Below, one piece after another: positions 24,925 to 37,288 of a stretch of 64,000 bases of DNA. The DNA lies in NCBI GenBank assembly GCA_013239625.1, contig MU053758.1, positions 2,915,854-2,979,853 of the forward strand. The letters run 5' to 3'. The notes beneath the pieces were generated by a model, which was not told where the DNA came from, did no database searches, and was given only the letters and a program-made list of their open reading frames with translations. The stretch is from Lama guanicoe (taxonomy: Eukaryota). The translations under genes and the position numbers were made by a program. How positions within the stretch are numbered: position 1 is the stretch's first letter; every line of letters begins with the position of its first letter.

Positions 24925-26254
24925 TGAATCATGGGTGTTGCCGTGGTGACCGGTGATTGATGATGTCAGAGATAAATGACGCTGACAGACGCCTCCTTGT
25001 CTGCGTGGCCGTTGCCATGGAGCTTGAGCCTTGGGGGATGGGGTAGGGGAGGGCGCTGTAGGACCCTCTAGCCCTTTGTGGGCAGGGCAGTGGAAGAAGG
25101 AAGTGGGGAGGGGACATGGAGGGGGACACAAGGAGCCCCAGACAGAAGCAGAGGGACCTGGCAGCACCAGCCACCTCCTGCCACAGGAGTCGGGGCTCTG
25201 TTGTCCAGAGCCCAGGAAGTGGTGGCTCCAGGCTGCAGAGTAGGTGACAACTTAGGACCCGCAGGCCTGGGACCCTTCCCTGCAGGGCCCAGCACCTCCT
25301 CCTCCCTCTGCTGCTACCTTCCGCTCCCAGAGCTTTTCATCGCAGAAGGACCAGGGTGGGGACCCCCTCTCCCTCCCACCGCCAACTCCCCCTTTCCCTC
25401 CCTCCTCCTCCTCCTCCTCTCTGGCTGCTCTGTGCCCTGGAGCTGAGCAGCTGCCATTTCAATAGAATTAAAGCTTCCGAATGATAAACGTCTTGTCACA
25501 GCTGCAATTTTCTCTTCCCAAATTATCCCCCCACTCTCCCTCTCCCTCTCCCTTCTCTCCCTTGTACTTTATTGAATTTGCAGAATCGACATGAGTGATC
25601 TCCAAATTTTTCCAGCCCCCTCACCCCACCCGCTGCCAACGACCCCATCGCTTCTTTAAAGCCGAGTGGTGTGTGCGGCTCAGCGCCCCCGGTGATTTGT
25701 CAGCTCCCCCGGCTAATGGGCCGAGAGATTCTCCTGCCTGGCCCCCCACTCTCAGGCTGGGGAGCCCTACTCTTCGCCTGCCCGAGAAGCTGCTCTCAGC
25801 CAGCCCCAGGGATCCCCGGGAGACCACCGCCAGGAGGGAGAGCCGGGGGCCAGTGGAGGCAGGAGTGGGTCCTTGCTGGAGGCAGAGGGGGTGCGGGGCA
25901 GGGAGGCAAAGAGCACAGAGCTGGGACGCTCCACACACGTGCTGTGCTTTCAGCCCTGGACCCCGGCACCCAGGAGTGTGGGCTGGAGTAGATGTGTCGG
26001 GGTGCGGGCTCCATTCTGGCGAGCTGGCCAAGGGCGCGTGTGCCGTGGTCCTGGCCCTGGGTCAGACACTGGGTGTGTGGGTCGGGTGGGCACAGAGGGA
26101 TGGACTGTGTGTTGACGTCCTGCCTGCTTGCGCACTCGTGTGTGCGCCTGCACCAGGTGACCTCCGCAGCTGGCGGCTCTCTGTGCGGGGGGATGGGCTG
26201 GGGCTGGACCTCTGCCTCCACCTGCTGTCTAACCCTGGCCACCGTGCTCCACAG

Positions 26255-26415
26255 CCGTGAGGAACGACCGGAACAAGAAGAAGAAGGAGGCACCCAAGCC
26301 CGAGTGCTCCGAGAGCTACACGCTGACGCCGGAGGTGGGCGAGCTCATCGAGAAGGTGCGCAAAGCGCACCAGGAGACCTTCCCCGCCCTCTGCCAGCTG
26401 GGCAAGTACACTACG
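26255..26415 (+). CDS. RARA: RARA exon 5 (hinge and start of LBD)
   Basis: cacag|[61 protein letters not shown]|gtatgg; 161 nt. Confidence 0.98.
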
Positions 26416-26646
26416 GTATGGCTCCCTGCCCGGGCGGGGGGGCACCCTTTCTTCTGCCAGGCCGGCCCCTCTGTACCCCTGCCTGTGCCTCTGCGTCCTC
26501 CCCTCCCTCTCTCCTCTTCCACTGCCTCCTCCCCCCAAGCTTTTAGGAAGTGAAGGTGGGTAGAGGGCAGGCCTGCGGGGGCTGGTAGAGCCAGGCCGAG
26601 AAGGGGGCTGCAAGGGGAAGGCCCTCACTCTCCCTCGTCCTCCCAG

Positions 26647-26823
26647 AACAACAGCTCAGAACAGCGTGTCTCTCTGGACATCGACCTCTGGGACAAGTTC
26701 AGTGAACTCTCCACCAAGTGCATCATTAAGACTGTGGAGTTCGCCAAGCAGCTGCCCGGCTTCACCACCCTCACCATCGCTGACCAGATCACTCTCCTCA
26801 AGGCTGCCTGCCTGGACATCCTG
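26647..26823 (+). CDS. RARA: RARA exon 6 (LBD)
   Basis: cccag|[59 protein letters not shown]|gtgagg; 177 nt. Confidence 0.98.
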
Positions 26824-27800
26824 GTGAGGGTCTGCACCCGCCCACCTGGGCACCACCCCATGTGCTTGGAGGATGTCCTGCCACTCAAATAAGCACCTTT
26901 CTAAACATTCACCTGGAATCGACCTGGCCAAATGCCCACCCACCCAGACAATGGCACTTCCCTTCCCCCGTGTGTCCACCTGTCCACTTAGCCACTCAGC
27001 ACTCACATGTGCACTGGTTCACCCATTCACCTGTGCACGCATCCATCCACCCTCAGCCCATCTTTCCATCGAACTTTCCATCCAGCCGCCCATCTTCCCA
27101 TCTGTTCAGCCTAATAAAGATTCACCTGGGACCCTGTGTGGCCAGGCCTTGAACTGGGTGTCAGGAACAGAGGTGAACACCCCACTGTCCTCTCTCTGGA
27201 AAATCTTCTTTTGGTGGAGGCAACAGATATGTAAACAGAGGTTGCAAAATGGTGATAAGTGCTGGCTGGAGATGGGGGAGGGCTGTCCCCTCTCTGTAGG
27301 ACAGAGAGCCGCACTGCTGGGCCCGAGGGAAGATGCCCCAAAAGGAGATAGCTTCTAGGGGCTTGTAGAAGGGGAATGCGAAAAGCCTGCTGATGTGGCC
27401 CCAGCTGGATTCAGGGGACTGCAGGACATCTGGTGGGGCCAGAGGGTGGCCTGGACTGGAGGCAGGATCGGTGGGGGAGCTGGGATTGTCAAATCCAAGG
27501 CTGGAGGGAGGACTGTCCTCCCTGTCATCCCTGATAGTCTCAGCCCACCTGTTCCCTCCCTACCACCTCCAAGGTAGGGAACCTGAGACATGACCAGGCT
27601 GCTCTTCCTGGTGGGGGTGGGGTGGGAGGTGGGATGCAAGAGGCAGGATTAGGGTTTGACAGAGTTGAAGATGACACACATTTATTGAGCTCTTGTGTAC
27701 CCAGTCCTGCTAACTGTAGACATAAATCCACTATGGTCTTTGCCTTCCTGGAAATTCTAGTTTCTCTTAATTCTCTGTGTGGAGGCAGGATGATCTAGGT

Positions 27801-27993
27801 CAGCACTGTCTAATATGGTAGCCGCTGGCCATGTGTGGCTATTTAAATTTAAATTAATTAAAATTTAATTGAGTTCAGTTCCTCAGTTGCACTAGCCACA
27901 TTTCAAGTGCCCAACAGCCACACCACATTGTGGGTTGTGACTGCTGTATTGAATGGTGTCCATCGTTGCAGAAGGTTCTGGCGGACAGCACTG
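27801..27993. mobile_element. MER3-like hAT DNA transposon in a RARA intron
   Basis: cagcactgtctaatatggtagcc...gcactagccacatttcaagtgc...ggacagcactg; AT-rich palindromic core. Confidence 0.75.
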
Positions 27994-28090
27994 GACCTGG
28001 CTGCCGGCCAGGTGGTCCTTGGGGGATGCTGTGCTGGAAGTGCTGGGGGTGGGGTGTGAGTTCTTGAACTCGAGAATCCTCTGCACCCAG

Positions 28091-28295
28091 ATCCTGCGGA
28101 TCTGCACGCGGTACACGCCCGAGCAGGACACGATGACCTTCTCGGATGGGCTCACCCTGAACCGGACCCAGATGCACAACGCCGGCTTCGGCCCTCTCAC
28201 AGACCTGGTCTTTGCCTTCGCCAACCAGCTGCTGCCCCTGGAGATGGATGATGCTGAGACTGGGCTGCTCAGCGCCATCTGCCTCATCTGTGGAG
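28091..28295 (+). CDS. RARA: RARA exon 7 (LBD)
   Basis: cccag|[69 protein letters not shown]|gtgggc; 205 nt. Confidence 0.98.
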
Positions 28296-28539
28296 GTGGG
28301 CAGGGGGCCCGGGTCTAGGGGCCAGGCCCTGGGTGGTGGTGCAGCCCCAAGAGTCTCTCCCGGGGAGGAGCTTGGGGATCATCAGAGCAGAAGGGGAACT
28401 TGGCCCCTGTCAGATCCCTCACAGAGGGGCAGAGTGTGGTCTGTGGCCACATGACAAGGGAGCGGTGATGGAGACCTGAGCTCTGGGTCCCTATTTCCGG
28501 GCAGCGCTCCTTCTAGGGGGCTTACATGTGATGGCTTGA

Positions 28540-28715
28540 AGGTCTGACCACCCTTGTTCAAGTCCTGGCCAACCTGTGACCCATAGCAGGTTGCTGAACT
28601 TCTCTGAGCCTCTGTTTCTGTAAAATGGGGGCAATAATGGTCTCCACCTCATAAAGTTGATGGGAGGATTAAGGAAGTAATAAATAAGGCACAGTGTGCC
28701 CAGAGTAAGAGCCAG
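28540..28715 (+). mobile_element. MIR
   Basis: aacttctctgagcctctgtttctgtaaaatggggg...ggaggattaa. Confidence 0.7.
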
Positions 28716-29096
28716 TAACTGTTGGCTGCTGTTAGTATTTTATTGTTACGAGTTCTGCCACATTCTGCTGGTGTCCAGAATAATGGGCAGGAGTGGGAGA
28801 CCCGCCTCTGCTTAAGGATGGCACTGCCCGTGTTCAGCGGTCCCACCCCCATGAACTGGGCTGTCAGGGCAGGCAAACCCTGTCCTCAGCTCCTCTTTGC
28901 TCACATTTAAGAACCTCTTACGGCCTTTCTAGCAGCACACAGATCCCCCCTCCACTGCCCTGTGTGGGGAGCCCAGGGACCAGAGACTCAGCCCGTGGCC
29001 TGGGCAGGTGTGCCCCCTGGTGGTCAAGGCTGGGAACTCGGCTGTGTTCCTTGCTTGGCCAGGGCAACTGCTCAGCTGGCATCTCTGCTTCCTCAG

Positions 29097-29255
29097 ACCG
29101 GCAGGACCTGGAGCAGCCAGACAGGGTGGACATGCTGCAGGAGCCGCTGCTTGAGGCACTGAAGGTCTATGTGCGGAAACGGAGGCCCAGCCGCCCACAC
29201 ATGTTCCCCAAGATGCTAATGAAGATCACAGACCTGCGGAGCATCAGTGCTAAGG
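29097..29255 (+). CDS. RARA: RARA exon 8 (LBD)
   Basis: ctcag|(D)[53 protein letters not shown]|gtgagg; 159 nt. Confidence 0.98.
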
Positions 29256-29893
29256 GTGAGGCTCCTATACCTGCAGGGATGCCCCATGTGTCTGCTGCAG
29301 GCAGGCCTCAATGCCTGTCCCAGGGCCCATAGGGTCAGGCCCCCAGCGTCTGAGCCCACACCCCACGTCTTTGTGCCCAGGTCAATGCCCCACTCACCTG
29401 GACTCCCCCATGCCCAGGTGACCCCCTGCCTGTGAACCCCGTGGCAGTGTCGTCTCTGCACCGTAGTTAAGGGCATGGCTCTGGAACCAGACCACGTGGG
29501 TGTGTGTCCTTGAGCAGGTTAGGCAACAGCTCTTGAGCCTCCATTTCCCATCCTAGGAGTGGGGATAATGACGGTGTTTACTAAGTTGTTGTGAGATGTC
29601 AGTAGGATAGTCCATAGCACACAGCACACAGGAAGGGCCCAGTGTCAAACCCAGGCAGTCTGACCCCAGAGCCCGAGTTCGGAATCACTGTGCCCTGCTG
29701 CCCCCCACGTGTGGCAGCTTAAGAGAGCTGGCTCATGTCAGAGAGCTGAGCCCTGAGATCAGTGCATGGTGGAAGCTGATACCAGTAATACTGATCCTCC
29801 TACCTCCTACCCCCTCCCTCTTGGAGCCACCCTTGCTTGCCGGGCTGGAGGACTGGGGTGGGCACACTGACCTCCGTCCGTCCTTTCCTGCAG

Positions 29894-30111
29894 GGGCTGA
29901 GCGGGTGATCACGCTGAAGATGGAGATCCCGGGCTCCATGCCACCTCTCATCCAGGAAATGCTGGAGAACTCAGAGGGCCTGGACACTCTGAGCGGACAA
30001 GCGGGGGGTGGGGGGCGGGATGGGGGCGGCCTGGCTCCCCCACCTGGCAGCTGCAGCCCCAGCCTCAGCCCCAGCTCCAACAGAAGCAGCCCGGCCACCC
30101 ACTCCCCGTGA
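29894..30111 (+). CDS. RARA: RARA exon 9 coding part (helix 12/AF-2 and F region)
   Basis: tgcag|(G)[71 protein letters not shown]. Summed RARA1 CDS is 1389 nt = 462 aa plus stop. Confidence 0.98.
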
Positions 30112-31164
30112 CCGCCTGCGCCCCGTGGACACAGCCCTCGCCCCATGCCCTGGCTTTTTTTTGCCTTTCTACCAATCATGCGACCCCTGCCAGCCCTGCC
30201 CCTCACCCGTCCTCCCCTGGGGACCGGAGGGAGAAGGCGGCGACTCTTCGACTCTTCGGACAGAGGCGAGGCCGGCCGAGATGGACTCCAGCTCCTGCGG
30301 CCTGGGCTGACATCGAGCGCCAGGCCGTGAACTGAGTGAGGACTTCTGGTCTCGGGTGTCAGGTCTCGGGATGGGGCCTGGGGGCCTCGTGTTCATCAAG
30401 ACACCCTCCGCCCACCTCGCCACATCTTCATCACCAGCAAATGCCAGGACCTGGCTCCCCCATCCTCAGAACTTGCAAGCCATTGCCCCCCACCCCTGGT
30501 TGGGGAACCCCCTGCCTCGGTTGGTGACAGAAGGGGTGGGCCAGGGGTGGGGGAGTCCCCCTGTACATACTCTGCCGTACCAACCCCCAGGTATTAATTC
30601 TCGCTGGTTTTGTTTTTATTTTAATTTTTTTTTGGTTTTGATTTTTTTAATAAGAATTTTCATTTTAAGCACATTTATACTGAAGGAATCTGTGCTGTGT
30701 ATTGGGGGGAGCTGGATCTAGAGCTGGAGGGGGTGGTCCTGGGGGAGGGAAGCGGCTCAGAAGGGGCTCCCACTCTCTCTCTCTGTCCCTGTGCCCCCAG
30801 CCCTCCTCCCCAGCCTTTTCCTCCTTGGTTTTTTCTTCAAAACTGTGAAGTACTAACTTTCCGAGGCCTGCCCTCCCCTTCTCCCTCTGCCTAACCACTG
30901 GGCAGGGACAGCTTCTGGGCAACCCCTAGAAGGAGGGGGGCTCACCCAAGAGATGGGGCAGGGACGAAGCCAGGGGGCCCTCAGAACACGAGTGTGCGTT
31001 TCTCAGCCCTGTGTCCTTGGCCGACCTGCCTCTCCATCAGGGGCCACATCATCTTAGCCCTCCAGTCCTCTTGTGCCCCTCCCCCATGAAGGGGCTGGCC
31101 AGGGGTTCCGAGCCCTGCCCCCCAGCCTCACAGCCACCAGCACCGCCCACAGGGCCCCCCCCAG

Positions 31165-31190
31165 ACACACACACACACACACACACACAC
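31165..31190. repeat. (AC)13 microsatellite in the RARA 3'UTR
   Basis: Read directly from the sequence. Confidence 0.9.
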
Positions 31191-31449
31191 AGTGGACAGA
31201 AGGGCCGACAGACACACGTGGCCTGACTTCCTCCATTTTCCTGGCCTGCCCCCCACCCCACACCCATGCCCCCTCCTTGCCCCGCAGGACGGGCCTACAG
31301 GGGGTCCCCTCCCCTCCCCCCCGCACCCCTGGACTAGGGGGGCTGGCTCTGCCCTGCCCTCCTTGTTCCAGAGCTGGGGTCTCATCCCTCCGGAGCCCGC
31401 TGGTGCACCTGTTACTGTTGGACTTTCCACTGAGATCTACTGGATAAAG

Positions 31450-31455
31450 AATAAA
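31450..31455 (+). terminator. RARA polyadenylation signal AATAAA
   Basis: First AATAAA seen downstream of the stop, in ggataaagAATAAAgttatatttattc. Confidence 0.85.
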
Positions 31456-33094
31456 GTTATATTTATTCTACACATGCCTCAGAGCCTCCCTGCCTCGCCG
31501 CCTTCTCTGGGTGTCTGGGCAGGGGGCTGGGGTCGGGGATGGGCACTGGGGTGAGCTGCCTTTGGAGCCTACCTTGCTGTGCTGGGGTCTCTGGAGACCC
31601 TGTGGAAGGAAACGGGCCTGCCCTTCTGTGGGAACCCCTGGGACTGGGATCCTTCACAGCCGGTGTCAGGGAGCCACAGTGTGGAGACGGGGAGGGGGCG
31701 AGAGGGAGAGACTGCCCAGGCCTGCAGGGAGTCCCCAGGCTGAGGGAGACAGCCAGCCTTGGCCCTCAGAGAGTCCCCTTGAAAAGGCAGAGGTTTGGTC
31801 TGGGGGTCACATAGTGGCAGAGAAATTCTATTTTTGGAGCGACCACGGATGACCTTCACAGCAGGACTGGCAGTTGGCATGGGGACTTGGGTCAGGGGGC
31901 TCATTGCAGCCTAACGAGAACTCGGGATGGGGATGGAAGCCTGAGAGGCCTGCGCATCCATCCCTCTGCCTCCAGGAAGGACTACCCTGCTCACCCATCC
32001 ACCCTTAAGGTCACTCTGTCGGCAGAAGGCACAAAGGACAAGAGGATCAAGTGTGACAGGGCTTGAGGGTCCTCAGAAACCAGTTTTGCCCACCACCCCT
32101 CATGCTACACATCAAGGCCCAGGGAAGGCAGTGCCCTTGGCCAGGGTCACACAGCAAGTTAGTAGCACAACAGGGACCAGTACTAAGTGCTCCCACCTCT
32201 CAGCCAGGGCTCTTTCCTGGATCCCTGAAGCCCGTAAAGAAGCATCAGAACTGATGTTTGGGAGGTCTGGGGAGGTGGCAGTTGAGGCTGCCTTTGGGGA
32301 TGTGTAGCAGGGCGCCCGGGGAGGAAGGGATTCCTGAGCGGGAAGGGTTCCTGCCACTGGGGTCCACCTGCCATTCTTACTTCAGCCATCAGGTGGCAGC
32401 AGCTCCTCACTTAGGTAGCATTCCAGCCCAAGTTGGATATGATCTGAGGACAGAGGCTTTCTTCCTCTAGCAAATATTTCCTAACATTTTCTTTATGAAG
32501 CAGACAGAAAATTAACATAACATACCTACACACATGTTTTTAAAAATCACTAGTCTGTCACACTGCATTGTAAAGGAGAAACGCAGGGAATGTACTGTGA
32601 GTCTCAATATGTGGATCCCTGGGCACAGCCACTGGGCGGATAGGACACAGTCCTATGCTTGCTTCTATTTTTAATGAATATTTGGATTTAAAAGGAGTAA
32701 GACGGTCAGACCCTAGTCTGTACAAGAAGCCCAGGAAAGTTTAAAAAGAATTTGAGTGGATGTTGAAATAAAACCTGATCATGAATAATAAAACCATGCA
32801 AAAAAAAAATCCCCAAACTAAACCTTTAATGATTTATATGTAAAACTGAGTCAGGTTTTGGGCTCAGGTAATTATAAAGCGGTTGTTCACTATGTAAATG
32901 TCAGTGGGACATTCTAAAATCGTGTGTGACAATACTTTATTGTGAGGGCACACATTAGCATTCTACCCCTGCCCACCAAATGGCAACAGGGTTCCCCTCA
33001 CCGTGATGACTAAAGCAGTGGGATAGTAATTTTGCTGCTGGGATCCTCTGGAGCTTGAGGTCGCCCTGGATGGTCCACAGTGCATCACCATAGA

Positions 33095-33305
33095 GGAGAG
33101 TTTCTCATCCACGGCACAAGTAACATTTGGGGCTGGGAATTATTTGTTGTGAGGGGCTGTCCCACACGTTATAGGATGTTTAGCAGCATCCTTGGTCTCT
33201 ATCCCTAGTCATACCTTCCCCCAAGCTGTGACAACAAAATATGTCTACAGACATGGCCAAATGTCCCTTGGGGGGTAAAATCACCCCTCAGCTGAGAACC
33301 ACTGC
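33095..33305 (+). mobile_element. MER20-like hAT element
   Basis: tttgttgtgaggggctgtcc...aggatgtttagcagcatcc...aaatgtccc...tgagaaccactg. Confidence 0.8.
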
Positions 33306-34227
33306 TGTAGAGTCTGGTCATTGAGGACTGGCAGGTGCTTTGCACGGGCCTATGGGAGCGCAGCACAGAGGCATTTAACCAGGTCTAGAACAGGGCTTGG
33401 AAGTCTTCCTGGAAGAGGTGCCCCCTCCCAGCTAAATCTCTAGGGGGAAGAGTTAGCCAGTGGGATTACAGAGGTAGTAAATGGTTTCCTGTGATCAGAA
33501 ATCACCACGAGCTCCATGTTTTGACCACTTCGGGTTTTGGTTGGAATGGTAGAAGAGGTGAGGCAGAGGTCAGGTCAAGGCCAGTTCAGGAGCTGGATTT
33601 GATCCTGAGGGTGATGAGAGTGAAGGATTTTAAGTCAGTAAGTGATGTGTTCAGATAGGCATTGTAAGGGGCGGGAGCAGAGGCTGAGGGAGGAGTAGTC
33701 CAGGCCATCGGTGACGGTCTGGCCCTGCGAAGCCTCTGAAGGGGTGGGAAAGAGTGGGCAAAGGGAGGAAATGCCTAGGTGGTGAAACAGGAGGACCCGG
33801 TGACTGATGGGACGGAAGCTGGGCAGAGGACGGCCTATGGCAACAACGGATGGAGGTAGCCTGGGTGGATGGAGATGCCAGCCACTGAGAGGAGAGCCAA
33901 GGGAGTCAGGGTGACATCTGAGTTACTGGTGACCCTCCCCTCTCCGTCCCTCACCCAGCTCCTGCCAGCTTGCTGGCCTCCAACACTCCAGCTTATTCCT
34001 GCCTCAGGACCGTTCCTTCCAACAGGAATGCTCTTCCTGGGGACGCTTCCTGGCTAGCCCCTACCTCCTTTCTGCTCCATGTCACTCCTCAAGGATGTCC
34101 CTCTCTAGCCCCTTATTCTTCCCACTAGCTGGTGGTACTGTCTATATTTATTGTCTGTCTTCTCCACCAGAACATAAGCTTCAGGAAGACAGGTTTTGTT
34201 CACCACTGGAGCCCAACATATGGATCT

Positions 34228-34535
34228 GCTCTGTTCAATACAGCAGCCACTTGCCACAGGTGGTGGCCTAGTCTTAGACATGTGACTGCTCCAAACTGAG
34301 ATGTGCTCCAAGGGCCGAACACACACAGCCTTCGAAGACTTAGTACAAAACGAAGAAGGTAAAGTATCTGCTCAATACTTTTTAAAACGGATGGTGTGTT
34401 GAAATATTTTGGATATATTGGTTAAAGAAAATATATTCCTAAAATGAATTTCACCTGTTTCCTTTCCCTTTTTAAATGTGACTGACTAATGGAAAACTTA
34501 AAATTCCACAGGTGTCTCACTTCCTGTTTCTACAG
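34228..34535. mobile_element. MER33-like hAT element nested in an L2 fragment
   Basis: ctgagatgtgct...ttcgaagacttagtacaaaa...ttttggatatattggttaa...aatttcacctgtttc. Confidence 0.7.
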
Positions 34536-36412
34536 AACAGATTTCGAACATGGCCTGGCATACGATCTGTGCACAAGAAACATTTGTTGAATGAATACAT
34601 ATGGAAAACAGCTGGACATCCACATCTGAGTTTGTATGGAAGGGTCCAGGCTGGAGACACAGAACTGAGCGTCGTCAGAGAGATGGTAGCACACGCCATG
34701 GAGCCATGATGAGCCTTGGGCCTCAGGAACATCTCCGGTCCCTCATCCAGTGCAAATTTCCTAAGCACCTACTATGGGCCTGCAAGGAGGAGGCTCCACC
34801 TCTGACTTGAGGGCTGGGCTGTCTGTCCAGGAAGACATCTGTTTGCTTCCCAAGTGAGACCAAAAGGCAGGCAGGCATCAGCTGGGGGGAGGAGGGGCTG
34901 TGGAGAGGGAGGCCACTCCAGGCAAAGGAACAGCATGGTGAAACACTCATAAGCAAAGTCCGGTACCGTGCTGGTAGAAACAGGAAATTCCATCCGGTTT
35001 GCAGTGCAGAAACTTTGGGGGAGCTGGGCTGATGGGATTGGAGACCTCATGAAGGGCCAGAAGCTGGATGAGTGGGGCTTCAGAAGCCTCGTCCAGGTGC
35101 TGGACTGATTCCGAGGACAGGGGAGCCCCAAGGGCATAAGTAGGGGGGCCATTCAGAAAGATACCTCTGGCTGCTGTGTGGAGTCCAGGCAGGCAAACTG
35201 AGGAAGAGGAATGAGGGAAAGGAGAACAGAAAGGGAACAGCCAGAGATGTAGAAGAAAACTGGGCAGCATGGGGCCCTGGCAGCCTGCTCAGCAGGGTCT
35301 GAGGAAGCCCCAGAGATATGGTCAGATTGTGGCCCCTGGATTTTTCACTTGGGTGCTGACTCACTGGGGTGAAGGAGGAAGCAGATGGGGGTAGAGAGAC
35401 AAGAAGGGGGCAGGAGGCAGCCGGGTAGACAGCTCTTCGTATTCAGGGCAGGGTGGGTGGGGTGGAGGGAGAGGGTGGTGACTGCAGGGAAATGGAGGAA
35501 TAGGAGCCCGTTTTGGGAGAGATTTCTTCTGAGGTTGGAAGAGACTTAACTATGTTTATGGACTAGGATAACAGTAGCAGGGTGGGGAGGGTAAAAATAG
35601 AAAAGACCAACCCCTGCCCTCTGACCCCACTGCCCACCCCCACTCTACCTCCATGAAAGGAGGGCCCAGCCACCTGGCCCAGGCCGCAGGGCAGAGAGTG
35701 CAGTGGTGCCTGCAGGCCCTACCAGGCTGAGGCCTGCCCAGGGTGCCCCTCCTGTGTGGGCTCCATCAGGAGGGGAGATGCCCCTGCAGGTAGGGCGGGA
35801 GCCACTGTGGTTGCTGCTGGCACTGGATCCTGACCACCCACACAGTGCATCTCAGAGATCACACACACACAGCTCACACGGGACACACAGATGCACACAC
35901 ACACCCAGAGCTCACACAGGATTTACGCATGCACGCACATACACAAAGAGCTCACATAGGCTTATGTGAGAGTGGGCACACACAGCTCACACCGTCTATA
36001 CGTGTCGTGTAGCGTGTGCAGATACACAGACAGCCCACACAGAGGCCACGCCTCAGTCTGAACAAGCAGAGGCCCCTGGGATGCTGGTATCACAGTTGTT
36101 TTTGTCCCCAGTAAAACAGCCAGGTTACCACCTGAACCTCCACTTGCTCCGCCCGCCTGTTGTCCACTTTGTCCCCGCCCCTCTGGCCACCTTCCTTTCT
36201 GCCTGGATCGTGGCATTAAGGACCAGCCTTGGTTCCTTCGATGCCCCCAGCTCGGCTGGGAGCTCCAGGGAAGTGAGGATGCTGCCCCGCGGGCCACACC
36301 CCCGCGCGTTCTCTGCTGGGCAGGGGGTCCTGCGAACAGTGGGCGCGGAGCCACTTCTCGTTCCGGGGTGGTGGCATCCGGCCTCTGACCTCACCCCCAC
36401 GCCGAGGCGATG

Positions 36413-37288
36413 CTAGATGGCCAGATCCTGGCGGACGGTGGCCAGCGACGCCTTGCTGCGGCCGCTGCCGCCCTCGCTGTCTCCGGCTGGCGCCCGGTGC
36501 GCGTAGGCGGGCGGGGCGTAGGGGTCGGGGCCAGGGCGCCGGGCAGGCAGGGCGGGCGGCGGCGGCGGCGGCGGCGGGAGCAGCTGCTGCGCCTCCTCGT
36601 GCGCGCGGTTGCAGCGGTTGTCGCGCTCGGCCGTCTGGCTGCAGCGGCCGGCGCGCGGGCGGCCCTTCCAGAGCAGGTGGCCCAGCTCGGCCACGCTGAG
36701 CAGCGCCGAGAGCAACCCCACGGCGAAGTAAAAGACCACGAAGACGGTCTTCTCGGTGGGCCGACTCACAAAGCAGTCCACCGTGTGCGGGCACGGCGGG
36801 CCGGCGCACGCGAAGTGCGGGGCCACGCGGAAGCCGTAGAACAGCGCCTGGCCGCCCAGGAAGGCCAGCTCGGCCAGCAGGCGCAGCGCCACGCTCAGCA
36901 GGTAGCACCGGCGCGCGCGGCGACCCCCGGGGCGCCCCGGGGTCCCCGGCGCCCCCGCCCCCGCGTCCGCGCCGCCCGGCTCCTTGCTGGCCCGGTGCAT
37001 GGAGTAGATGACGAAGAGCACCGGCGGCGCCGAGAGCAGCAGGATGTGGAAGAGCCAGAAGCGGTAGTGGGAGACGGGGAAGGCGCGATCGTAGCAGGTC
37101 TGGCGACAGCCCGGCTGCAGCGTGTTACACACGAACTCCTCCTGCTCGTCCTCGAACACGGCGCCGCCCACCGTGGCCAGCACCAGGATTCGGAAGATCA
37201 GCATGACCACCAGCCACAGGCGGCCCACGAGCGGCGACTGCAGCTGCACGGCGTCCAGCAGGGAGCCGAGGAACGCCCACTCACCCAT
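36413..37288 (-). CDS. GJD3: Gap junction delta-3 protein (connexin 31.9 / mouse Cx30.2), 291 aa
   Basis: MGEWAFLGSLLDAVQLQSPLVGRLWL. Connexin extracellular Cys motifs CNTLQPGCRQTCYD and CAGPPCPHTVDCFVSRPTEK; C-terminal DLAI; cgccATGg context; synteny between RARA and TOP2A. Confidence 0.97.
   Translation of the reverse strand: MGEWAFLGSLLDAVQLQSPLVGRLWLVVMLIFRILVLATVGGAVFEDEQEEFVCNTLQPGCRQTCYDRAFPVSHYRFWLFHILLLSAPPVLFVIYSMHRASKEPGGADAGAGAPGTPGRPGGRRARRCYLLSVALRLLAELAFLGGQALFYGFRVAPHFACAGPPCPHTVDCFVSRPTEKTVFVVFYFAVGLLSALLSVAELGHLLWKGRPRAGRCSQTAERDNRCNRAHEEAQQLLPPPPPPPPALPARRPGPDPYAPPAYAHRAPAGDSEGGSGRSKASLATVRQDLAI

Larger units (their letters stand above)
30112..31475 (+). other. RARA: RARA 3'UTR
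   Basis: Runs from the stop to just past AATAAA at 31450. Contains a U-rich block at about 30590-30700 and an (AC)13 repeat. Cleavage site is approximate. Confidence 0.8.
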
